A program made the translations under genes and the position numbers. 64,000 nucleotides of DNA from contig OY782041.1 in the NCBI GenBank assembly GCA_963677595.1, positions 2,624,001 through 2,688,000 on the forward strand. The letters are read 5' to 3'. The DNA is from Spirochaetia bacterium. Its GTDB lineage: Bacteria; Spirochaetota; Spirochaetia; CAKZLE01. This document shows positions 20,169 through 29,627 of this stretch, piece by piece; position 1 is the stretch's first letter, and each line of letters opens with the position of its first letter. The notes beneath the pieces are model-generated. The model did not search any database. It was not told where the DNA came from and was given only the letters and a program-made list of their open reading frames with translations.

Positions 20169-20723
20169 TCACAGGCTGCCTGTGCGGTAGTCAAGATGAA
20201 GACTCATGAGGTTGATGATCTCCTGCTTGTCGTCCCTGCAGTCATGTTCGAGCCACCTGGTCAGCAGGGCAATATACCCTCCCGCATAGAAACTCAGCAT
20301 ATACCCTTTCTGGAGGTCATCCCGGTAGGCAGCATGGATGATATCCTGGTTGACCCGGTTGATCCCCTCAGCCATGAAATCCATCAGGAGCCACTGCAGG
20401 TCAGCCTCGAAGATGGCTTTGTAGGCTTCCTTCTCCCGCTCGATCATGCTTAGGTACTCGTACCCTATATGGGTCTGGTCGGTGATGCCCTCTTCCTGGA
20501 TCTGCCTGAAGAATCCCTGCTGCTGGCCAACCAGATACTGGTGGATCACATCCTTCATGTTGGAGAAGTTCCGGTAGAAGGCCATCCGTGAGATGCCGGC
20601 CTTGGTGCAGAGCTCGCTCACCGTGATCTCATTGAACGATTTGCGCTGCATCAGGATGAGCAGCGCCTCTTCGGTACTCTCCATGGTCAGCCGCTTCTGG
20701 TTCAGGTTATACCTGTTTGGCAT
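20169..20723 (-). CDS. TetR/AcrR-family regulator
   Basis: ITVSELCTKAGISRMAFYRNF helix-turn-helix; divergent from the SDR-AOR operon. Confidence 0.92.
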   Translation of the reverse strand: MPNRYNLNQKRLTMESTEEALLILMQRKSFNEITVSELCTKAGISRMAFYRNFSNMKDVIHQYLVGQQQGFFRQIQEEGITDQTHIGYEYLSMIEREKEAYKAIFEADLQWLLMDFMAEGINRVNQDIIHAAYRDDLQKGYMLSFYAGGYIALLTRWLEHDCRDDKQEIINLMSLHLDYRTGSL

Positions 20724-20846
20724 TACACTTCCCCCCATACTGTAACAACTGCATCGTTTTCCTTTGAAATGACTAACTGCAGGTTGTATCATGAATTGTA
20801 AGATGTTTCAGGTGTAACGTCAACACGATGCACCAAAGGAGCGCCC

Positions 20847-21713
20847 ATGAACGATTCCCAAGGAAGAACAGTAGTGGTCACAGGAGCCGGCTCGGGCCTC
20901 GGGCAGGCAACAGCCGTCATGCTCGCAGGTGATGGCTGGCGTGTCTTCGGCACGATCATCCCAAGCCAGGATCTTGGCATACTGAAGAAGCACGGTATAA
21001 CCCCGATGGTCGTCGATCTCGCAGACACAGAATCGGTGGGAGCGGCCTATAAGGAGGTCGAGCAGGCAGTCGGCGAGGCGGGGCTCTCAGCCCTGGTGAA
21101 CGTCGCAGGCCTTGCCGAGATAGCCGGCGGGATCATAGAAGGGGTCCCGGAAGACCGGGTACGAGCCCTCTTCGAGGTGAACCTCTTCGGTACCCTGCGA
21201 ATGATCAGGACCTTCCTGCCCCTGCTGCGGCAATACGGGCCGGCGAGGATCGTTAACGTCGCAAGCAGCGGGGTACGGGTACCTACCTCATTCTCCGGTA
21301 TCTATGCCATCTCCAAATACGCAGTGGAGGGGATCACGAACGCCCTCAGGTATGAACTGCCGATCTTCGGGATTCAGGTCACCTCGATCGAGCCGGGCGC
21401 CATGGATACGCCGATGACCGCGAATAGCGAGGAGAACATGCGCAAGACCTGGGAGCGGATGCCCGACGAGGTGAGGGAGCTCTATTATGAGAAGCTGAAG
21501 GTCCCCCTCGGCTATATGAACAACATGCTCAAGAACAAGAACAGCCCTGATGACGTTGCGAAGGTCATCAGGAAGGCCCTGTATGCAAAGAGGATGAAGA
21601 TACGCTACATGGGCGGGAAGGATGTGCAGATCATGCCGTTCCTGCAGCGGTTCCTCGGGGAGAATCTCTTCGAGCGGATGATGCTGAAGGTTCAGAAGAT
21701 GCCGAAAGGGTAG
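20847..21713 (+). CDS. Short-chain dehydrogenase (retinol/17beta-hydroxysteroid dehydrogenase-like)
   Basis: TGAGSGLG, LVNVAG, EVNLFG, YAISK, IEPG, RY.GG C-terminal motif. Confidence 0.88.
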   Translation: MNDSQGRTVVVTGAGSGLGQATAVMLAGDGWRVFGTIIPSQDLGILKKHGITPMVVDLADTESVGAAYKEVEQAVGEAGLSALVNVAGLAEIAGGIIEGVPEDRVRALFEVNLFGTLRMIRTFLPLLRQYGPARIVNVASSGVRVPTSFSGIYAISKYAVEGITNALRYELPIFGIQVTSIEPGAMDTPMTANSEENMRKTWERMPDEVRELYYEKLKVPLGYMNNMLKNKNSPDDVAKVIRKALYAKRMKIRYMGGKDVQIMPFLQRFLGENLFERMMLKVQKMPKG

Positions 21714-21732
21714 CATAGAGGGGGAGGGAGCT

Positions 21733-24360
21733 ATGGTAACAGGACAGGATGCGATAGATTTCATGACCGGTGTGTTCAGCCCGGAAGAAGCCCTGAAGCT
21801 GAAGAAACGGGTGGTGGTGACCTATATCGTGGAAGGCGACGGCGGGGGGACCTGGCAGCTCACGGTAGCTGACGGGACCTTCGAGTTCTCAGACGGCGAC
21901 GGGATCAGTCCCGTGACGGCGACGGTCGTCTACAAGGATGCAGAGAGCTGTTATAAGCTCGTCACCGGCGAGATGAGCGGGGTGAAGGGGTATGCAACTG
22001 GCGCGATCAAGTTCGAGGGGCCGGCGAATATCCTGGTGAGCCTTGGGAAGGTCTTCAACCCCAAGAAGAAGGCAGCAAAAGAAGGGGAAGCTCCCCCGCT
22101 CAAGGAGGGGCCGGTGACCGGGCAGGACTCCATCGACTTCATGACTGCCGTCTTCGACCGGGAAGAGGCCCTCAAGCTCAAGAAGAAGTCAGTCCTTACC
22201 TACCGGGTTCCCGGGGAGACCGGCGGCTCCTGGCAGCTGACAGTCGATAACGGCAACTTCGAGTTCACCACGGGAGAGACGATCCCCGGGGTGAATGCCA
22301 CCGTGGAGTACCGTGACGTGGAGAGCTTCTACAAGCTCGTGACTGGGCAGCTCAGCGGGGTGAAGGGGTATGCCACCGGGGCCATCAAGTTCGAGGGGCC
22401 TGCCAACCTGCTCGTCAGCCTCGGTAAGGTCTTCCCCCCTGAGAAGAAGAAGCATGAGAAGAAGGAGCGCCGCCACCGGAAGCGGGGCGGGGGGCTCGGC
22501 GGCTATATGGGCAAGGTCCTTCGTGTCGACCTCGAGCGTGAAGTGATCACTGAGGAGAAGATCGACGAGGCGATCCTGAAGCAGTATGTGGGCGGCACGG
22601 GCCTCGGCGTCAGGATGCTGTACGACGAGGTGCCTGAACATGTGAACTGGGATGACCCTGCCAACCGCCTGATCTACATCACCGGCCCGTTCACCGGCAC
22701 CAACGCCCCGGGTTCCAGCGTCTATACGGTAGCGACCAGGGGAGCGCTGACCAATATGTTCGTCGCCTCCCATGCCAACGGGTTCTTCGGCATGCGCCTG
22801 AAACAGGCAGGAGTGGACGGCATCATCTTCCAGGGGGTGGCAAAACGCTGGGTCTACCTCTATATCAACGATGGGAAGGCGGAGCTGCGGGATGCTGCAC
22901 ACCTGATCGGGAAGGATACCTGGGAGACCGAGGACGCCCTCATCGAGGAGGTCGGCGAGCCAAAGGCAGGGGTCTCCTGCATCGGCCCGGCCGGGGAGCA
23001 TGGCGTACGCTATGCAGGCATCTGCTCGGACAAAGGCCATATCTGCTCGACCAACGGGGTCGGGACGGTGATGGGCCAGAAGCGGGTGAAGGCTGTGGTC
23101 GCCTTCGGCAAGCAGAAGGTCCCCCTCCATGATGAGGAGCTCTTCAAGGAGCTCGTCAAGGAGTGGTGGGATGAGGCGTTCGAGACCATGTGGGGATTCA
23201 TGATCCCCTCCCTGGGAACGAACGGGCAGTACCGCTCCTGTTATGAGGGGAGTTTCGTGCCGATCAAGAACCTCACGACCAACATCTTCCCTGACCATGA
23301 GAAGTTCGCAGGGGATGCCATGCGGGACTACTACAAGGGGAAACCACGTCCCTGTGCGGCCTGCCGGTTCGCCCATATCCATTCGATCGAACTGAAGTCA
23401 GGCCCGGGGAAGGGGATGGTCGTCGAGGAGGCGGAGTTCGAGGGGACGAATGCCTTTGCCGGCCAGATCTTCAACGGGGATGTCGATGCCTCGCAATGGC
23501 TGAACCACATAAACGACGTGCTCGGGATGGATGTCAAGGAACAGGCCTTCAACATCGGGCTGGCGATGGAATGCTACGAGAAGGGGCTGCTGACCAAGGA
23601 GGACTGCAATGGCCTCGACCTGAGCTGGGGGAACGTGGACGCGATCGAACAGCTCCTCTACAAGATCGCCAACCGGGAAGAGGGCATCGGGGACCTGCTT
23701 GCTGACGGGGTGTACCGTTCCGCACAGAAGATCGGCGGGGAGGCACCGGAATACGCGGTGTATACCCATAAGGGGAACGCCCCGCACGTCCATGACGGTC
23801 GAGGCATGTGGAGTATCGCCTTCTCGATGGCTGTCTCTGACATGGGATCGATCCCTGCCGGCGATATGGGGGATGTCGGTGACCTGCTGGACACGATCGG
23901 GGCCGATGCCCTTGACCCGGAGCAGGCCTTCTCAGGCGACCTGATCGCCAAGGGACAGGCGATCACCGGCAGGAGGGGGCATTTCATCGACTGCCTCGGG
24001 ATCTGCATGTTCGTCGCCGGCGTCCAGTTCACGACCATCGCCACCATGCTCAACACGATCACCGGCTGGAACTACAGCTGGAAGGACTGCGTGACGATCG
24101 GGGAACGGGTCATGAATATGATGCGTGCCTATAATGTGAGGTGCGGGCATACGAGGGAACACAACACCCTCTCGCCCCGCCTGCTCCAGGCACCGATCAA
24201 CGGTGCGGCGGAAGGCATCTCGATCGAGCCCGATTTCGACCGGATGATCGATATCTACTATGACATGATGGGCTGGGATTCGGACGGCAGGCCGTTACCA
24301 AAGACCATGAAGAGGCTGGGACTCAAGAAAGAGAGCAGGGAACTGGCTGCCATGCATTGA
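21733..24360 (+). CDS. Tandem SCP2 domains fused to an aldehyde:ferredoxin oxidoreductase (tungsten AOR family)
   Basis: Residues ~1-110 and ~127-237 are two similar SCP2-like repeats (GG.WQL.V..G...TG..SG..GY.TG.IKFEG). A basic linker follows, then GGYMGKVLRVDL, YVGGTGLG, CIGPAGE, G.VMG.K.VKA, D.LGMD, GDLLADG, DCLGIC and YY.MMGWD.DGRP. Confidence 0.9.
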   Translation: MVTGQDAIDFMTGVFSPEEALKLKKRVVVTYIVEGDGGGTWQLTVADGTFEFSDGDGISPVTATVVYKDAESCYKLVTGEMSGVKGYATGAIKFEGPANILVSLGKVFNPKKKAAKEGEAPPLKEGPVTGQDSIDFMTAVFDREEALKLKKKSVLTYRVPGETGGSWQLTVDNGNFEFTTGETIPGVNATVEYRDVESFYKLVTGQLSGVKGYATGAIKFEGPANLLVSLGKVFPPEKKKHEKKERRHRKRGGGLGGYMGKVLRVDLEREVITEEKIDEAILKQYVGGTGLGVRMLYDEVPEHVNWDDPANRLIYITGPFTGTNAPGSSVYTVATRGALTNMFVASHANGFFGMRLKQAGVDGIIFQGVAKRWVYLYINDGKAELRDAAHLIGKDTWETEDALIEEVGEPKAGVSCIGPAGEHGVRYAGICSDKGHICSTNGVGTVMGQKRVKAVVAFGKQKVPLHDEELFKELVKEWWDEAFETMWGFMIPSLGTNGQYRSCYEGSFVPIKNLTTNIFPDHEKFAGDAMRDYYKGKPRPCAACRFAHIHSIELKSGPGKGMVVEEAEFEGTNAFAGQIFNGDVDASQWLNHINDVLGMDVKEQAFNIGLAMECYEKGLLTKEDCNGLDLSWGNVDAIEQLLYKIANREEGIGDLLADGVYRSAQKIGGEAPEYAVYTHKGNAPHVHDGRGMWSIAFSMAVSDMGSIPAGDMGDVGDLLDTIGADALDPEQAFSGDLIAKGQAITGRRGHFIDCLGICMFVAGVQFTTIATMLNTITGWNYSWKDCVTIGERVMNMMRAYNVRCGHTREHNTLSPRLLQAPINGAAEGISIEPDFDRMIDIYYDMMGWDSDGRPLPKTMKRLGLKKESRELAAMH

Positions 24361-24373
24361 AAGGGAGGATAAT

Positions 24374-24670
24374 GTGGCAGAGATCGAACTCTATCCCCCG
24401 TTGTCTTACGGGTTCACGGAGAAGCGGGCAGGCACCTGGACGGTGGGAGTCCCGGTCCGGGAAGGGGAGAGTGTGGCTAGCCTCTTTACCCGCCTGTATG
24501 CGGAGGAGCCCGGGAAGTGGGGGAAGCTCTTCGACCTGAAGACCGGGAGGATGAAGCAGCCGATCCAGACATCCTTGAACGGGAAACCACTCTCACCTTC
24601 GGCATTGGAGAGTACCTTCGTCACAGACACGGACCGGATCGTGTGCAAATTCCTGATCGGCGGGGGATAG
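24374..24670 (+). CDS. MoaD/ThiS-family sulfur carrier
   Basis: 98 aa, LNGK, C-terminal IGGG; directly after the AOR gene. Confidence 0.82.
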   Translation: MAEIELYPPLSYGFTEKRAGTWTVGVPVREGESVASLFTRLYAEEPGKWGKLFDLKTGRMKQPIQTSLNGKPLSPSALESTFVTDTDRIVCKFLIGGG

Positions 24671-25834
24671 GTGGAGCGAGACAGACAGCTTTCGGGACAA
24701 GATAGTGCATCCACCTTGAGAAAACTCTATATCGAGGTGACGAACCAGTGCAATCTCGCATGCCGGACCTGTGTCAGGAATACCTGGCACCAGGAGACCG
24801 GGAGGATGAGCGAGGAGCTGTTCTCCAAGACCCTCGAGGGACTGGGGGCCTTCGCCAATAAGCCGACGATCTTCTTCGGAGGGTTCGGGGAACCGTTGAG
24901 CCACCCTGACATCGTGACGATGGTCAGGCGGGCCAAGGCGTATGCTCCCCGGGTGGAACTCATCACCAACGGGACGCTGCTTACCCCTGAGCTCTCACGG
25001 GAGCTGATCTTCGCGGGCTTGGACCTGCTCTGGGTCTCGATCGACGGGGCATCACCGGAGAGCTATGCCGATATTCGTCTGGGGGCGGAGCTGCCTGGCG
25101 TGATCAGGAACGTCACCGCATTCCATGAGATCCTCCAGAACCAGTTCGGGTCCAACAACTGCGGGGCCGTCCCGCTGTTCCGGACCGGGATCGGGGTGGT
25201 CTTCGTGGCGATGAGGAGGAATATCGCGGACCTCCCGGCAGTCCTGGAGATCGCACAGGGATTCGGGGCAAGCGATGTACTCATCACGAACTTCCTCCCC
25301 TACAGCCGGGAGCTGCGGGAGGAGATCCTCTATGGGATGACCATATCCAGGGCCCCGAAGCCAGCCCTGTTCCCCCATGTGCGGCTGCCGCTGATGGACC
25401 TGACCGATGCTACCACAGACCCGCTGCTCTCAGCCCTGCACTACGGCAGGTCGATCAGGGCAGGTGCCCATGAGCTCAACGACGAGAAGAACCACTGCCG
25501 GTTCATCGCCGACGGGGTGGGGGCAGTCAGTTGGAATGGGAACTTCAGCCCCTGCCTCCCGCTGATGTATGACCATGAGACCTTCTATGGTGAGAGGAAG
25601 AGAGTATCGAAGCGGTGGGCAGTGGGGAATATCAAGGACAGTAGTCTCAAGCAGCTATGGGAGCTTCCAGAGCATCTGGCCTTCCGCAGGAGGGTCCATG
25701 ACTTCGATTTCGCCCCCTGTACCTATTGCGGGGGCTGTGACCTAGCCGATGACAATGAACAGGACTGCCAGGGAAACGAGTTCCCCACCTGCGGGGGATG
25801 CCTCTGGGCCCAGGGGGTGATACAGTGCCCGTGA
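24671..25834 (+). CDS. Radical SAM/SPASM protein, tungsten-oxidoreductase maturase type
   Basis: CNLACRTC, GGFGEPLSHP; C-terminal CTYCGGC..DC.GNEFPTCGGCLWAQGVIQCP. Confidence 0.88.
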   Translation: MERDRQLSGQDSASTLRKLYIEVTNQCNLACRTCVRNTWHQETGRMSEELFSKTLEGLGAFANKPTIFFGGFGEPLSHPDIVTMVRRAKAYAPRVELITNGTLLTPELSRELIFAGLDLLWVSIDGASPESYADIRLGAELPGVIRNVTAFHEILQNQFGSNNCGAVPLFRTGIGVVFVAMRRNIADLPAVLEIAQGFGASDVLITNFLPYSRELREEILYGMTISRAPKPALFPHVRLPLMDLTDATTDPLLSALHYGRSIRAGAHELNDEKNHCRFIADGVGAVSWNGNFSPCLPLMYDHETFYGERKRVSKRWAVGNIKDSSLKQLWELPEHLAFRRRVHDFDFAPCTYCGGCDLADDNEQDCQGNEFPTCGGCLWAQGVIQCP

Positions 25835-25848
25835 TACCATCGGGTGCT

Positions 25849-27093
25849 TCACATGTCCTGATTCGCATGAGGAAGGGTTAGCCAGCTCCTGAGGCTGAAC
25901 ACCCCGATCCCGTCCTGGCTGGTCCCGTCAAGGGACTCATCCTCAGTCACCATATACCGCCTGTACCCATCTCGCGGGATGAGCAGGTTCCCGAATTCAG
26001 TATCGATCTTCTTCTGTGTCGGGAACCTGTCACATACCTGGACGTAGATCGTATCCCCGGCTCTCTCTGCAACGAAATCAATCTCCCTGTCTTTGGCCAT
26101 CCTCCCTGTGCGTACGGAATACCCCATCTGGAGAAGGGACAGGTAGACTGCCTGTTCAAGGATCTTGGACCGGTCGGCAGCCCTCATCCCACCACAGAGA
26201 TGGTTCCTGATACCCGTATCCTCGAAGTAGTATTTTGACGCTGTATCCAGATGCTGTTTGCCGGAAAGGTCAAAGAAGGGTGAACGATGTATGAGATACG
26301 AGCGTTCCAATGTCTCCAGGAATGAGATGACGGTGGGGACCGAGATCGTTAGCTTCTGGTTCTTCAGGTAACGTGATATGGAGGCTGCAGACACAGGGGA
26401 GCCAACCGTATCTGCAAGGAAGCGGATGAGGTATCGGAAGAGCTCCTTGCTCGATCCCTTATGTGCCCCGATGACATCATTGAACAGGATGGTCTCCTCT
26501 ACGGTCCTGAAGTAATCTTCCTGGAGTACCGCATCATCGGATATAGTATGCAGGTACGGGAGTCCCCCGATCCTCAGGAACAGGCCCAGGGATGCGTCCG
26601 AATCATCAAGTTTGTGGAACCTGAGGAATTCCTGATACGAGAGCCCGTGGATCTCTATCTGTGTATACCTGCCGGAGAGCAGGGTTGCCAGCTCCCCGCT
26701 CAACAGGTGACTGTTGCTGCCGGTGATATAGATATCGTAACCGCCCTGTTCGAACAGGGCTGATAGGGTCTCCTCAAAATCCGGGACTTCCCAGATCTCA
26801 TCCAGCATGACTACTTTTATCTCATCAGTATCCTTGAACTGAGCGATGATATACTCATACAGTTCCCTGCTCGTCCTGATGGGTATGTGGAACCGGTCCC
26901 GGGGGATATTGATCGAAGCAATGGCAGCCCTCGGGGACTGTTGGTGAATAGTATCCGCTATCTGGAAGAGCATATAACTCTTCCCCACTCGACGCTGTCC
27001 CGTCAGGACCTTGATCAGGGGAGATCCGATGTGCTTAAGGATGCGGTTCATATAGAGAGGTCTGGGGATATAGGAGGGATGGTTCCTGTTCAT
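25849..27093 (-). CDS. AAA_14 ATPase with DUF4143 / PD-(D/E)xK-like C-terminus
   Basis: GQRRVGKS, LDEI, ITGSNS.LLS.ELATLLSGR, GGLP, KYYFEDTGIR, EIDFVA...YVQV. Confidence 0.88.
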   Translation of the reverse strand: MNRNHPSYIPRPLYMNRILKHIGSPLIKVLTGQRRVGKSYMLFQIADTIHQQSPRAAIASINIPRDRFHIPIRTSRELYEYIIAQFKDTDEIKVVMLDEIWEVPDFEETLSALFEQGGYDIYITGSNSHLLSGELATLLSGRYTQIEIHGLSYQEFLRFHKLDDSDASLGLFLRIGGLPYLHTISDDAVLQEDYFRTVEETILFNDVIGAHKGSSKELFRYLIRFLADTVGSPVSAASISRYLKNQKLTISVPTVISFLETLERSYLIHRSPFFDLSGKQHLDTASKYYFEDTGIRNHLCGGMRAADRSKILEQAVYLSLLQMGYSVRTGRMAKDREIDFVAERAGDTIYVQVCDRFPTQKKIDTEFGNLLIPRDGYRRYMVTEDESLDGTSQDGIGVFSLRSWLTLPHANQDM

Positions 27094-27124
27094 GGTAAAA
27101 GTATAGTATACTCCGCTCATGGTG

Positions 27125-27218
27125 TAAAGTGTACTTTATGAAGATATGAAAATATGCAGTAATATAAAGTGTACTTTACGAAAGTGCCATAAATACCATC
27201 TCCATAAAGTACACTTAA
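27125..27218. repeat. Three near-palindromic TAAAGT(GT/AC)ACTT(T/A)A boxes at a 40-bp period
   Basis: Copies at 27125-38, 27165-78 and 27205-18; the third is in inverted orientation. Confidence 0.8.
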
Positions 27219-27243
27219 CAATAACCCTGCAAGATGATTCTTG

Positions 27244-27285
27244 TTGACTATTATAATACACATGTTATAATACACGTGTATTATA
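27244..27285 (+). promoter_or_regulatory. Promoter with 20-bp palindromic operator (probably TetR)
   Basis: TTGACT at 27244-49; TATAATACACGTGTATTATA at 27266-85 contains the -10 box; a partial second copy, TATAATACACATGT, lies just upstream. Confidence 0.72.
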
Positions 27286-27305
27286 CACTGAAGGAGATAC
27301 AGATC

Positions 27306-29627
27306 ATGAAAGCATATACGAATATAGTAGAACTGGTAGGGCAGATGACCCTGGAGGAGAAGGCCGGGATGTGCTCGGGCGAGGACTTCTGGTTCACTAA
27401 GGCGGTGGAGCGGCTGGGCATCCCCTCGATCATGATGACTGATGGTCCCCACGGGCTGAGGAAACAGGCAGGGGAGGATGCCGTCGGGCTGATGGAGAGC
27501 GTCCCGGCGACCTGTTTCCCCTCAGGTGTGGGGCTGGCCTCCACCTGGGATACGGCTCTGCTCCACAAGGTGGGGACTGCCCTCGGTAAGGAGAGTAAGG
27601 CCGAAGGGGTGGGAATCATCCTCGGCCCTGCGGTGAACATGAAGCGATCCCCCCTGTGCGGGAGGAACTTCGAGTATTTCTCGGAAGACCCCTATCTTGC
27701 GGGGGAACTTGCCAAGGCCCATATATCGGGGGTGCAGGCCCAGGGGGTAGGGACCTCCATCAAGCACTTCGCTGTGAACAGCCAGGAGAAGCGGCGGATG
27801 ACCGTCAGCGCGGAAGTCGACGAACGGACTCTGAGGGAGATCTACCTCCCGGCATTCGAGACAGCCGTGAAGGAGTGCCAGCCCTGGACCGTGATGAACG
27901 CCTACAACCGGCTCAACGGTACCTACTGCTCAGAGCACAAAGAGCTCCTTACCGGTATCCTGAAAGAGGAGTGGGGCCATGAGGGGATCGTGATCACCGA
28001 CTGGGGTGCCAACAACGACCGGGTCGCCGGCATCAAGGCAGGGCAGAACCTGGAGATGCCCGGCAACGGCGGTATCTGCGACCGACACATCGTGGAGGCG
28101 GTGAAGAGCGGGGAGCTCGATGAGGCAGTCCTCGATGAGAGCGTCTCACGGGTCCTGCGGGTGGTCTTCAATGCGGCAGAACTGCTGCAAAGTCAGGCGC
28201 AGCCTGCAGACCTGCAGGCCCACCATGAGCTTGCGCGTAACGTCGCTGCAGAGAGCATGGTCCTGCTCAGGAACGAGCGGGGACTGCTGCCCTTCAGCAC
28301 AGAGGGTACCACTGCCGTGATCGGGGCCTTCGCGAAGCATCCGAGGTTCCAGGGGGGTGGTTCCTCCCATATCAACCCGGCCTACCTCGATACCGTCCTC
28401 CAGTCCATGGAGGACCGGTTCGGGGAAGTCCCGTATGCTGAAGGCTATGATCTCCATACCGGGGAAACCACTCCGGAACTGCTCGAGGAGGCAGTGAAGG
28501 CAGCAGGTTCCGCTGAGAAGGTGATCCTCTGCATCGGCCTCCCTGACATCTATGAGTCCGAGGGGTTCGACCGGGAACATATGCAGCTTCCGCAGGGCCA
28601 TACCGACCTGCTGAAGACGATCCTGGCAGTCCAGCCTGACACCGCGGTGGTCTTGAGCAACGGCTCCCCGGTCGAGATGCCCTGGATCGATTCCGCAGAT
28701 GCCGTGATCGAAGGCTACCTTGCAGGCCAGGGAGGCGGACAGGCCCTTGTCGATATCATCTTCGGGGAGGTGAACCCCTCCGGGAAGCTGGCTGAGAGCT
28801 TCCCGCTCAGGCTGGCAGATACCCCGTCCTACATCAACTTCCCTGGTGACATGAAGCGGGTAGCCTACCGTGAGGGCATCTTCATCGGCTACCGGTTCTA
28901 CGAGAAGCGGTCAGAGGAGGTCCTCTTCCCCTTCGGCCACGGGCTCTCCTACACGGACTTCTCCTATGGGGAGATCTCCTGTCCTGATAACTGGACAGCA
29001 GGGAGCGGTCTACTGGAAGTCTCGATTCCCATAACCAACACAGGTGCCCGCAGCGGGGCCGAGGTCGTGCAGCTCTATGTGAAGGACCGTGAAGCGAGTG
29101 TCCTCCGGCCGGTCAAGGAGCTCAAGGGCTTTGGGAAGGTATCACTTGAGCCGGGCGAGCAAAAGATCGTCTCCTTCAGCCTTGATGAGCGATCCTTCGC
29201 CTTCTGGGATGTCGACATCCATGACTGGAGAGTAGAGGCAGGCGAGTTCATGATCTATATCGGCTCATCCTCCGCAGACATCAGGCAGAGTGCCGTGATC
29301 ACCGTCGAACCTGCTGTACCCTTTCAGCCGGTATTCGATGAGAACACCATGATCATGGAGTTGGATTCACATCCCGCCGGCAGGAAGTTCGCTCAAAAGT
29401 TCCGGGACCTGTTCATCGGGCAGTTCGGCATCACCGAGGAGAGCAGTGCTGAACAGACAGCGATGGTATATGCCATGGCAGAGGAACTGCCGCTGCGCAA
29501 TGCGGTGAGGATGACTAGCGGGGCAGTGTCGGAATCTGAGCTTGCCCTCCTGCTCGATATCGTGAACAATAGGGAACCGGCAGGACGGATCGATGAGATC
29601 CTGCAGGCAGGAGTGAATAGGATATGA
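27306..29627 (+). CDS. GH3 beta-glucosidase
   Basis: MTDGPHGLRK, GRNFEYFSEDP, KHFAVN, ITDWG nucleophile, ESEGFDR, FPFGHGLSYT, Fn3-like domain. Confidence 0.95.
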   Translation: MKAYTNIVELVGQMTLEEKAGMCSGEDFWFTKAVERLGIPSIMMTDGPHGLRKQAGEDAVGLMESVPATCFPSGVGLASTWDTALLHKVGTALGKESKAEGVGIILGPAVNMKRSPLCGRNFEYFSEDPYLAGELAKAHISGVQAQGVGTSIKHFAVNSQEKRRMTVSAEVDERTLREIYLPAFETAVKECQPWTVMNAYNRLNGTYCSEHKELLTGILKEEWGHEGIVITDWGANNDRVAGIKAGQNLEMPGNGGICDRHIVEAVKSGELDEAVLDESVSRVLRVVFNAAELLQSQAQPADLQAHHELARNVAAESMVLLRNERGLLPFSTEGTTAVIGAFAKHPRFQGGGSSHINPAYLDTVLQSMEDRFGEVPYAEGYDLHTGETTPELLEEAVKAAGSAEKVILCIGLPDIYESEGFDREHMQLPQGHTDLLKTILAVQPDTAVVLSNGSPVEMPWIDSADAVIEGYLAGQGGGQALVDIIFGEVNPSGKLAESFPLRLADTPSYINFPGDMKRVAYREGIFIGYRFYEKRSEEVLFPFGHGLSYTDFSYGEISCPDNWTAGSGLLEVSIPITNTGARSGAEVVQLYVKDREASVLRPVKELKGFGKVSLEPGEQKIVSFSLDERSFAFWDVDIHDWRVEAGEFMIYIGSSSADIRQSAVITVEPAVPFQPVFDENTMIMELDSHPAGRKFAQKFRDLFIGQFGITEESSAEQTAMVYAMAEELPLRNAVRMTSGAVSESELALLLDIVNNREPAGRIDEILQAGVNRI

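Noticed and set aside
22189-23382. 397-aa antisense ORF within the AOR gene
   Set aside because: A typical stop-poor antisense frame of a GC3-rich gene, with no recognisable motifs.
27125-27218. Mini-CRISPR interpretation of the 40-bp periodic repeats
   Set aside because: The repeats are only 14 bp, one is inverted, there are three copies and no cas genes are present.
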